This document shows, piece after piece, positions 1-8,635 of a DNA stretch of 35,262 bases (the stretch's first letter is position 1; the number at the start of each line of letters is the position of its first letter). A program made the translations under genes and the position numbers. Source of the DNA: an uncultured Nitrososphaerota archaeon. GTDB taxonomy: Archaea > Asgardarchaeota > Njordarchaeia > Njordarchaeales > Panguiarchaeaceae. The notes beneath the pieces were generated by a model. That model was not told the origin of the DNA, did not search any database, and saw nothing but the letters and a program-made list of their open reading frames with translations. The stretch is taken from the NCBI GenBank assembly GCA_964636085.1, contig CAZWPQ010000017.1:1-35262 (forward strand). The letters run 5' to 3'.

Positions 1-746
1 CATCAAGATCTCGATCTTATCCATAAATGGTTCAGCCAATTTCCTGATTTTTTGTCGACAGCATCACGCCGTCTCATCAAATACTCCAACGTTTCCAACT
101 CGTTGATGATTATGTCCAAACCAACAAGACCACTTCTAGCCCTCTCCGCGATACTAACTATTAAGCTGTCCTCCCTGAATCGTCTGTCAACCCTCCCCAA
201 CAACGCCTTCTTCAGAGCCCCCCTAAATTTCTTTCCCTCAAGCCTCCCCGAGACATTTCTGGCCAGAAAACCAAACCGCCACAGCATACCCTCAATACGT
301 TTCTTTGAGGCCGCGATCATGTCGGCTATGTGGAATCTAAGTCTTGTCGCCTCCCTCAGAGGCAAAATATTCGGACTCACCAGTCTCGAGGCCTTGACTT
401 GGCCGGTCTTCCCAAGAGCATAAAGCCATGCCGAGTCACTATCGTCCCTTTTGTCGATATCGGGGTTCTTCGTTTTGAAGGCGTTAAACACATACGTCTC
501 TATACCGTTCGCCTCCAATATCGATGCGAAGGGATAATAGTAGCTCCCAGTGGATTCGATGAAGGCTTTTTTGACGTGATTTGCCTTCATCACTGCCAGG
601 AACCGATTTATGCTTTCTTTCGTGTATGGGAAGATTTCAGTCTTAACGCTACCATCTATTGTATCGTAGGTCGCATAAAAATTGTCCGAGTGGAGATCAA
701 CACCGACAACCCTTATGCTCAGATTTGTGTTTGTCTTCCTAATCAT
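1..746 (-). CDS. IS110-family transposase/recombinase, N-terminal DEDD (RuvC-like) domain and coiled-coil; continues beyond the window edge, apparent 1-nt frameshift at the T6 tract 48-53
   Basis: Motifs VVGVDLHS (D), FIESTGSYY (E) and KRDDSDS (D..D), then LREATRLR helix, are typical of DEDD_Tnp_IS110. ATG at 746 (MIRKTN). Adding one A to the A6 run gives ...VDKKIRKLAEPFMDKIEILM, the usual lead-in to the C-terminal Tnp domain. Confidence 0.9.
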
Positions 747-775
747 TTTTAAACACCTTTTCGTAGTATTTGTAT

Positions 776-940
776 GGTGGGCATCCCTAGCCAGCTCGAG
801 GCCCGCGTGAGCCAAATTAGTATTCGAGCTCGAGGGCTCACGTGTATTTGAACCGGCATTGCGGACCTCAGACTAGCTTAGTATTCGGGCTCAAAGGCCC
901 AAAAATCAATCAGTCTTTGAGCGGCTAGGGATGCCCTACC
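776..940 (-). ncRNA. Candidate bridge-RNA-like structured RNA in the IS110 non-coding end (strand inferred from the transposase)
   Basis: A perfect 14-bp stem (779-792 with 923-936) encloses two 24-nt modules, 817-840 and 878-901, that are 20/24 identical. Each has TTAGTATTCG plus a 4-bp hairpin with a compensatory A-T/G-C swap. It lies directly 5' of an IS110 gene. Confidence 0.7.
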
Positions 941-983
941 TGATAATATTACTAGAATTCGTGTGATTTAGACCTCACACAGG

Positions 984-1026
984 AAAATCAACAACCCGTG
1001 TATAAATCGCCCCTCAAGGGGCGACT
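984..1026. repeat. Repeat copy 1: 22-bp AAAATCAACAACCCGTGTATAA followed by a GC hairpin
   Basis: 984-1005 is identical to 1097-1118. Hairpin TCGCCCC-TCAA-GGGGCGA at 1007-1024. 984-993 is also inverted at 1040-1049. Confidence 0.9.
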
Positions 1027-1096
1027 AGGGGACTTAGTATGTTGATTTTTGATTGCTCACACTTGAAACGCCTCCCGAGAAGGCTCCACAAAACTT

Positions 1097-1138
1097 AAAA
1101 TCAACAACCCGTGTATAAGTCATCCCTCAGGGATGACT
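1097..1138. repeat. Repeat copy 2: 22-bp AAAATCAACAACCCGTGTATAA followed by a hairpin
   Basis: Hairpin AGTCATCCC-TCA-GGGATGACT at 1118-1138, with two compensatory base-pair changes relative to copy 1. It ends 2 nt before the TIR at 1141. Confidence 0.9.
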
Positions 1139-1140
1139 GG

Positions 1141-2911
1141 GTCGCAAAATTAGTTCTGTAGGGCGTTTTTGTGGCTTCTAAGTGGAAATACGAGGCGGTA
1201 GAATCAATATGTATCAAAAAGCCTCATATTTTTCACCAATGATCTTTGATAACACACCTTTATATGACACCACAGGCGAATACCCAGCAAAGACATCAAA
1301 ACCACGAACAGCACGCCTAAAATGACAAAAAACACGCCAGACCTCAACATGGTCACAACAACGCCAAAGCGAAGAAAGATCGAGACTGTCTGAACAGTTA
1401 ACAATAAAAGCGAGAGACCAACCATAACTAGCGAGTTGAAGACCAACCTGACGCCGGCCGCAGACACGACGAATAAACCACTTAAGACTCATGTTGAATC
1501 TCTCAATAATTATATTGTCCTTTGGAATTAATGGATCGTCGTAACAAGAGAAGAGTCCATCCCACCAATTTCTGAGTGTTTTGACAGCATGCCTAGCGAA
1601 ACGCAGTGCAAAATCACTATCATGGCCTCTATAGTACCTTGGATTGCATGACCGGAGGAACTTCCGACCGAAAACCTCAGCAAGGAAGTCTAAGATAGCT
1701 CTCTTTACCTCCTCTGACGGCCCCTTGCTGTCCCGCAGGATTCGCCAAATCCTAAATACCACTCGCCACGCCCATACTACCTCTTCGAAGAGAGGCTTAA
1801 GCTTGTCTAGGAGCTTCCTAATTTTTGAAAGAAGTCTAGCCATATCTACTCGTGCCCGTTTGGGCCATGGATATACAAGACTATGGAGGAGCTGATATAT
1901 TATGCCAGCTGGTTTGAATGGATATCGGGGCCTTATGCGGATGATTCGGCGAAGGCGGCGGAATACGATGTTGTTGACTTTTTTTATATAGTTTCCTATA
2001 CTCAGCCATGCTGGATATACTGTTCTTCAGTGCGCTCGCCAAGATCTTGTCTTGCTTTTGGACGGGATCCGCAAGGTTTCTTATGAAGTGGAGCTGGCAG
2101 AGCTGGTGCTTGACTTCTGGAAAGACTTTCCTTATAGCATTGACAAGATAGGTCTCTTTATCAGATACTACCCCCTTATTTTTATTCCAGCCTCCTCAAG
2201 CTTTGTGCGGACTCTTCGTAGCAGATCTACTAGGCTGTCCTTACTGTAACTTGGTAGGAGTTCGGCGTGGAGTGGTTTTCCCGTTGATGCTTCAAGAACT
2301 ATCCATAGGGTGGCTGGGCCATTCTCTGGATTCACGCCATCGATGCATATCGCTATCTCCTTGTCTTGGAATTCCTTGAGAGTTTCTTTTTCGATGACGT
2401 TGGATGCTAGTGTTAGGTAGTATTTCATGATGTCTATTGCCCTATTTCTTGTCATTGGTAGTCCTCGCTTCCTAAGGGCAGTCACGATGTACTCCCATGT
2501 CTTCTTTTCCTGTAGTCTTTTCTGGGTTATCCATGCCATGACGTCGTACCCGTATTTTCTTCTTGGTGGTGCTAGTTGTTTTTCTGGTCTTACTGTTTTG
2601 TGGTAGTTTGGGCAGTGTAGGTTGTTGCATGCGTATCTGTATTCTTTGATGGTTATGGGGCCTTGTAGTGTCCATATTGTCCTTTTGTTTAGGTAGCGGT
2701 ATATCATGTAGCCGTTGCATTCTGGGCATGTTTTATCTTGTCTTGTTAGGCTTATTGTGGTGTTTGTTTCGATTTTTGTCACCCGTTTTTCGTAATATAT
2801 GTGTAATACTTTATTTAAAAATCTATGAGGCTATATGATGCATATTGTCTCATCGGCCTACCTTAGCCATTTAAAGCCCATAAAAATGGCCTACAAATCT
2901 AGTGACGCGAC
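1141..2911 (-). mobile_element. IS element (ISNCY-like / IS256-MULE-related DDE), about 1.77 kb, with imperfect 45-bp terminal inverted repeats
   Basis: 1141-1185 (GTCGCAAAATTAGTTCTGTAGGGCG...) matches the reverse complement of 2867-2911 (GTCGCGTCACTAGATTTGTAGGCCA...) at 32/45 positions, and these repeats bracket the transposase fragments. No convincing target-site duplication. Confidence 0.75.
1214..2782 (-). pseudogene. DDE transposase (ISNCY-like) split by two homopolymer frameshifts
   Basis: N-terminal CPEC...YACNNLHC zinc ribbon and AICIDG. After a shift at C5 (2171-2175) the frame reads GVVSDKE...HQLCQLHFIRNL. After a second shift at T7 (1979-1985) it reads VNNIVFRR...RYPFKPAG and joins ORF 1214-1843, which carries PKDNIIIERF. 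Confidence 0.8.
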
Positions 2912-2946
2912 ATGATAGAGCTTGATATAGAACCTATGATATATAG

Positions 2947-3111
2947 ATAAGATCATTTGATAAAACCGGGGACTCTATAGAAGCGATAGTATACTTTAGT
3001 ATTGAGGCAGCAATTTCCTTCCTAGCACTATTAATAACACTAGCATTAGCACTCATCGCGATCTATATAGTTGTATATCTGTAGAGAAGAAGGATCAAAA
3101 TTACTTTTTAA
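2947..3111 (+). pseudogene. Decayed 3' end of an Ig-repeat, membrane-anchored surface-protein gene
   Basis: Reads IRSFDKTGDSIEAIVYFSIE (compare AYDKAGN in neighbouring Ig repeats), then hydrophobic AAISFLALLITLALALIAIYIVVYL, an internal TAG and an RRR tail. No 5' part; lies just beyond the IS end at 2911. Confidence 0.5.
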
Positions 3112-3171
3112 GAATAAATAAACTCTCTATCCACACTATGGTTAATGGGGAGAAAAATAAAAGGAAAAGAT

Positions 3172-6100
3172 TCACTCCTCTACAGGCTTCTTTTTCCTAA
3201 GCAACACAAGTATGGTTGTTATTATTACTGCCGCAACACCCAATCCTATGGTTGCATAGACCCAATTCTGTACTCCAGCCGCCGTAGTTGTTGTAGTAGT
3301 TACAACGATAGTTACTACTGATGCATCAGTATTTCCCGCATAATCCATGGTTACTACACTTATCACATAGTCTCCAGGCTCCTCAGGCTTAAACATATAG
3401 GATCCCGATCCAGTCGTCTCGTACTTCAGTTCACCATTTATATATAGTTTAACGCTCTTCAGCATATAATTATCGGATGCATTCCAAGTTATGGTGATAT
3501 CCTCCCCTACACTGTATGTAGAACCATTCGCAGGAGATGTTATCTCTACTGTTGGAGGCACTGTATCTATGTGTATGTAGATAGTATCGGTAGCGGAGTT
3601 ACCAGCATAATCATAGACCGAGATATTAATGATAAACAACCCATCCTTGAGCGTTAAAGTGACATTTGTCGCATCTCCGGTTAAGCTGGTGTTCAGATGG
3701 CCATTAACATATACCTTAATACTCTCTACACCATATTCGTCGGTTACTGTCCATACAACCGTTATTTGGGGCATGTTAAGCCAACTATCGTTTGCTGGAC
3801 TTAATATAGTGATGCTTGGTGGGGTTAGATCCACATAAATGATAATCTCAGCCCTCCCTACATTTCCTATGCTATCGTACACAGCGACCTTTATCACCCA
3901 ATAACCCTCCGTGAGATTGGTTATTGAATAGCTTGTCACTGTTGGATCGGTTATCACAACTAACCTCGTACCATTAAGGTATATTTCTGTGCGGTTGAAT
4001 TCAGTCTCCACATAACTCCATGTGACATTAATGGTCTCTGTTCCTAGAACAGAACCGTTCTCTGGATACAATATTGCTACTTCGGGAGGCGTGGAATCTA
4101 TGTTCACGACTACGTAATCACTATCACTATTTCCAGCTTTATCATATGCTACTATCTCTATGATGTATGAACCATCGGATAAATATAGGGTAACATTTGA
4201 CGCTATGCCAGAGATGGTCTGGTTGAGAGTTCCATTTATGTAGACCTCAAGTTTTTCTATTGCATAGTTATCTGATACATTCCAAACTACTGTGAGGTTA
4301 CTTACCCAGCTATCGTTCTCTGGACTTACAATAACAATGCTTGGTGGCGTTAAATCTACGTATATACATACAAAATCTTCACCACGATTGCCAACAACGT
4401 CCTCTACTACTACCTCGATAACCCAGTAGCCCTCGTCTAGGTCTATTGTGAGGCTTGTTACTGTTGGGTCTGTAATGTTTTGTATCGATGTACCATTTAC
4501 AATTATTTCTGTATGATCAAAGTTTTCCTCCATGTAGTCCCATTCAATATTTATAGTTGGAGTATTGAACCAGGAGTCGTTGCTTGGAGAGATTATGTCT
4601 ACTGTGGGTGAGGTTTCATCAACATGCACTATGATTGTGGTTGTTGCGTTATTTCCTGCCCAATCAGAAGCCAATAGCGTTATTTCCCAGTCACCCTCTC
4701 CTGGAAGCGTGATGTTTGCATAGTCAATATACCATGGGTATCGTGCATATAGGCTACCATTAATGTATAGTCTATAGGAGTAGACGGAGGCATCATCCAC
4801 TCCCGTCCAATTAATCAACGTAGTAATTGGTATATAGGAACCATTTATGGGTGATGTAATTGTCACTGTTGGTGGGGAGGTATCTGGATAGTACCTGAAC
4901 CACAGTAGGATTTTCCGGAGTAAATTTCCATTCTCATAATTTAATGGATAGGGCCATCCGTCATAGAACATCTTTGAGCTTCCAGTTGCAATAATCTTAG
5001 TACCTGAGGACTCATTATAGAAGCCTGCGACAAGATTTATTGATTCGGCCCCTAAGCCAACATTATTGTTGTCTGGATCCACGGCGTATGTTGAACCTGG
5101 ATTTCCGTGTATTATTACTTCTGCATAACTAGAAACATTTAGGTATGTTCCACCTAGGTATAGTGCATAACTAATGTCGAACGTTATATTCTTGGCTATG
5201 AATCCCATTCCAAAGGCACCACGCGTGAGGTTTATCCTCCAGTTTCTGCCAAACACATAGTTTACATCATCTTTTGCCTCGCCCATATTCCATACTATAC
5301 CAAATCTACCAGTGATGTTGTTGTAGGATGCTTGTTGCCAATCAGGGAAGAATGGAGCCGGATTTACATGGCATGCCCCCATAATGAAAAGATGGCCCCC
5401 AGAGTTTAGATAGTTTCCTATGGCTACCAATTCTTCGGCAGTGAAGTTTTCTTCTATATCTGGTATGATAAGGAGTGATGTGTTTCCAAGTATGTTTGCA
5501 TCTAGAGTGCTGTTAAGGATGTATACATTGTAATTGTATATATAGTTTGCCATATCTATTAGGGTAAACATTTTGCTTGCATTATAATAAGATGTATGGT
5601 AGTTGTCGAATATTACGAGTTTTTCTGATGCCACGAATAGATTGGCTTTATCAGTAGCGTAGCCCACATTGTCTGATGACACATCTATCGTAAATATCAC
5701 ATTCTCTCCCGAGATAAAGTCCGCTGCCTCTACAAACCACTTAACTATCTTGGAGGTACCATTCTCTAGGAGTGGAATTGTATAGGACCAAGAAGCATTG
5801 GTGGTTGTTATGTTTCCATAATATGAGTGTGGTGTTACTGTTATGCTTACATTGGTCGCATTAACATCGGAGGTCGGGTTAGTTACATTAACATAGAGTA
5901 CTGTATCGTTGAAGTTCTGAAGCACTATGTAATTATTTGAGAAGTAGGCATGAACCTCTAGACCTATTGTGGAGAATGACCCCCTAATCTGGTAGCCAAA
6001 TATGGATCTATCATCATTGCTCCACGTTTTTAGCTCCATAACCACATTACTAGTTCCCACAACCTTAAAGGCGAATGTCACATTAACTATATCTCCAGAA

Positions 6101-7227
6101 TTCATTGTCCCAACATAGTAGGAATTGCTGTCATTTAGTAGTTGGAGTGCTCCATAAAACTCCACTCCCACATACACATCATTGGTAGCGACATTCTTGT
6201 AGTTTTTGACGCTAATATTTATATATACGATCTCCCCAGTAGTCAGTATGCCTGTAGGAATATCATAGGATATTATCGCTAGATCCCTATTCATGGCAGC
6301 CCTAATGCTATCGAGAAGGAAGTCCTTACTGTTTACGTCGTTGTATCCATATCTATAATCAAAGAAACCACTACCACTCGTAATTAGGGCGCATCCATTT
6401 ACTGGATTTTCAATGCCAGCAACATATATTACATTCCCATCGCAAGGTTCTGAATTAAATTCCGTGTCGTCATCACCAACGCCCATCACATATATGTATT
6501 CCCAAGTACCATTAAGATAGGATCTAGTTATATTTAAAGAGGTTGACGATCCCATTTCGACCACATATGTTCCATTCCCACTAACAAGTTTTGCTGCAGT
6601 TGTGTTTGTCCATACGTGTACTCGAGGATAGTAGTCTGCTCCATCGTTATCGGTTGGATCGGTGGTTTGTCCCCAGAGGAACTTTACTCCGAAGGGTTCA
6701 GTAATGTTATTTAGTGTATGGTTGTTGAGTCTGTCTGAGTAGTTGCTGTAGCCAGTGATTATTGCAAATCCTCTAGTCCTATTTATAAAGCTTCTAACAG
6801 CGGCTTGTTCCTCCATTGTAAGGTTTCCGTATTGTGGGTTGGGTAAAATGAAAAAGTCGTACTGGGATATGTAGGAGAAATTGTAGTAGCTAATTCCGTC
6901 TCTATCGGCTGACACGACCGTGAATCCAAATAGATTCTCCATGTCACTAATGAAGTCCTTCATGAGGGTATAGTCGTAATATGCGTATCTATCATCAATG
7001 AATACCTTCATTTCGAAAGGCAGGGTCATGCCTCTGCTATAGAGCCTATTCGCTGTATCCTTGCGAGTTATGGGGATGTACTCTAGTAGAGCGTCACCTG
7101 CAAAAGCATGTGTTTGTAGATCACCAGTAGCCTTGGTATGTTTTTCCATAAATGATGATAGCTGAGCCGAGTATATGGGATTAAATAGCATCAAAACTAG
7201 TAGCGTGGCTAGAAGAATACTCCTCAT
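3172..7227 (-). CDS. Large cell-surface protein: signal peptide, two DUF4350/GldG-like alpha/beta domains, CARDB-like domains, six Ig-like repeats, Thr linker, C-terminal TM anchor
   Basis: 1351 aa. Hydrophobic N-terminus, six D-x-T/S-x-P-x-V/I-x-I-x-S/Y-P-x-N...D-x-x-GN repeats, many N-x-S/T sequons, TTTTTT then TM then RKKK. TGGTGAT RBS upstream. Confidence 0.85.
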   Translation of the reverse strand: MRSILLATLLVLMLFNPIYSAQLSSFMEKHTKATGDLQTHAFAGDALLEYIPITRKDTANRLYSRGMTLPFEMKVFIDDRYAYYDYTLMKDFISDMENLFGFTVVSADRDGISYYNFSYISQYDFFILPNPQYGNLTMEEQAAVRSFINRTRGFAIITGYSNYSDRLNNHTLNNITEPFGVKFLWGQTTDPTDNDGADYYPRVHVWTNTTAAKLVSGNGTYVVEMGSSTSLNITRSYLNGTWEYIYVMGVGDDDTEFNSEPCDGNVIYVAGIENPVNGCALITSGSGFFDYRYGYNDVNSKDFLLDSIRAAMNRDLAIISYDIPTGILTTGEIVYINISVKNYKNVATNDVYVGVEFYGALQLLNDSNSYYVGTMNSGDIVNVTFAFKVVGTSNVVMELKTWSNDDRSIFGYQIRGSFSTIGLEVHAYFSNNYIVLQNFNDTVLYVNVTNPTSDVNATNVSITVTPHSYYGNITTTNASWSYTIPLLENGTSKIVKWFVEAADFISGENVIFTIDVSSDNVGYATDKANLFVASEKLVIFDNYHTSYYNASKMFTLIDMANYIYNYNVYILNSTLDANILGNTSLLIIPDIEENFTAEELVAIGNYLNSGGHLFIMGACHVNPAPFFPDWQQASYNNITGRFGIVWNMGEAKDDVNYVFGRNWRINLTRGAFGMGFIAKNITFDISYALYLGGTYLNVSSYAEVIIHGNPGSTYAVDPDNNNVGLGAESINLVAGFYNESSGTKIIATGSSKMFYDGWPYPLNYENGNLLRKILLWFRYYPDTSPPTVTITSPINGSYIPITTLINWTGVDDASVYSYRLYINGSLYARYPWYIDYANITLPGEGDWEITLLASDWAGNNATTTIIVHVDETSPTVDIISPSNDSWFNTPTINIEWDYMEENFDHTEIIVNGTSIQNITDPTVTSLTIDLDEGYWVIEVVVEDVVGNRGEDFVCIYVDLTPPSIVIVSPENDSWVSNLTVVWNVSDNYAIEKLEVYINGTLNQTISGIASNVTLYLSDGSYIIEIVAYDKAGNSDSDYVVVNIDSTPPEVAILYPENGSVLGTETINVTWSYVETEFNRTEIYLNGTRLVVITDPTVTSYSITNLTEGYWVIKVAVYDSIGNVGRAEIIIYVDLTPPSITILSPANDSWLNMPQITVVWTVTDEYGVESIKVYVNGHLNTSLTGDATNVTLTLKDGLFIINISVYDYAGNSATDTIYIHIDTVPPTVEITSPANGSTYSVGEDITITWNASDNYMLKSVKLYINGELKYETTGSGSYMFKPEEPGDYVISVVTMDYAGNTDASVVTIVVTTTTTTAAGVQNWVYATIGLGVAAVIITTILVLLRKKKPVEE

Positions 7228-7766
7228 GACATATCACCAATTCTTTCTAGTATATTTTTGTAAAAAGTTTAAAAAAAGATATAGCGTAATACCATAAGGC
7301 CATCTGGAGACTAAGTCTAGGCAAATAGCCCTCGCATGGCATTCAAAATACATGATACTCAACCTATTAAAATGCAACTATAAAAAACTTGCAAGTTCAA
7401 TACAATAAACCACAAATGATGCACCATTTCTAGTGTAACTAATATTCCCACAAAAATATCCCACCAAAAGGAGCTTTGTTAAGAAGTATAGAAGTAATAT
7501 TTAGCTCCAAATAGGAGATAACAGACAAAATCTTACTCTAATACGTCATTTTCTTCTTTCTTTTCTCTGATTCTATTCATTAGGATCGCAATTTTTCCTC
7601 ATTTTTTCGCGCCTCCAGATATGTTAATTGAAGAACTCCCTATATTTCGCATTTCCCATAATCAGTGGGGTGATATATTCCAAAGAAGCTACAAATATCA
7701 GTATGATGAAATTCTTGGGAATTTAGCGTTCTTATGATACAAATAAAATTGGAAAAATCCTTCTGG

Positions 7767-8390
7767 TCATACGCCTAATTTGCGTCGTGTTTCCCACGCC
7801 AAAAGCTCTATCTCCTTCTTGTATTTTTCTGGAAAAACCCTAGCAAGAATAGCAAGCCTAGAGGCCTCCTGGAACACCCTTTTAACGCCAAGCCCCTCAA
7901 TAGCAACAGTTTTAAACACGGGGAAGGGGCCATTCAATCTTAAAACCCTTAGTAGTACTGTCTCTGGCAACGCATCGGGCAGATCCCTCTTGTTTAATGC
8001 AACAACTATAGGGGTCGAGTACCACTCCTTACCCAAGAATGCCTTCAGCTCCTGAATACTATAGACATTTTCCTCAAGGGCCTCTGGATCCGAATCAACA
8101 ACGAAAACTACAGAATCAGCCCCCCTCAAAACAGTGCGTCTCTGCATTTTATGCCTTCTCTGGCCTGGCACTGTATATAAGTCAAAGAAAATATTGCCAG
8201 ATGTCATAAGTGGTACATAATCAAAATAGATAGTCCTACCGCTTTCATCATCAATCATACGAAGTTTGCCTTTTCTAAGAGTCCTGATTTTATTATACAG
8301 AACCTTAAGCATCGTTGTCTTGCCCCCCAATGAGGGGCCATAGAGAACAACCTTAAACCTATAGTGCCCATGCTTATCCTTGAAAACCAT
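7767..8390 (-). CDS. MglA-like small Ras-superfamily GTPase
   Basis: G1 GPSLGGKTT, G2 with intrinsic Arg (GRTIYFD), MglA-type G3 YTVPGQ, G4 NKRD, G5 TVA. Start placed at ATG 8390 (MVFKDK) with GGTGA upstream. Confidence 0.9.
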   Translation of the reverse strand: MVFKDKHGHYRFKVVLYGPSLGGKTTMLKVLYNKIRTLRKGKLRMIDDESGRTIYFDYVPLMTSGNIFFDLYTVPGQRRHKMQRRTVLRGADSVVFVVDSDPEALEENVYSIQELKAFLGKEWYSTPIVVALNKRDLPDALPETVLLRVLRLNGPFPVFKTVAIEGLGVKRVFQEASRLAILARVFPEKYKKEIELLAWETRRKLGV

Positions 8391-8635
8391 AAAATTCACC
8401 ACCAATATTCTAAATATAAAAAATGTATAAAAAACCATATATATTTTGGAAATATAGATAAAAAAGCGTCTACGACCTTTATAATTATTGTCTATTTTGT
8501 ATACGACCCAAGATCTTTTATACTTATCTGTACTTGCAATCAATTAAAGCAGAGGTTTCGAATCTGCGTTAAAAAATAGATATTGTAGCGATAGGCTATA
8601 TTGTGCGGTTATTTTCCCGATCTATTATATCTCCC

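Noticed and set aside
747-815. N-terminal extension of the IS110 ORF (MAHAGLEL...)
   Set aside because: It uses a TTG inside the structured non-coding region; ATG 746 fits the domain start better.
984-1140. CRISPR array or TIGR array
   Set aside because: Only two repeat copies with 113-bp spacing, the hairpin lies outside the identical repeat, there are no cas genes and no clear box C/D motifs.
1133-1140. 8-bp target-site duplication for the ISNCY-like element (ATGACTGG versus ATGATAGA at 2912-2919)
   Set aside because: Only 5/8 identical; not convincing.
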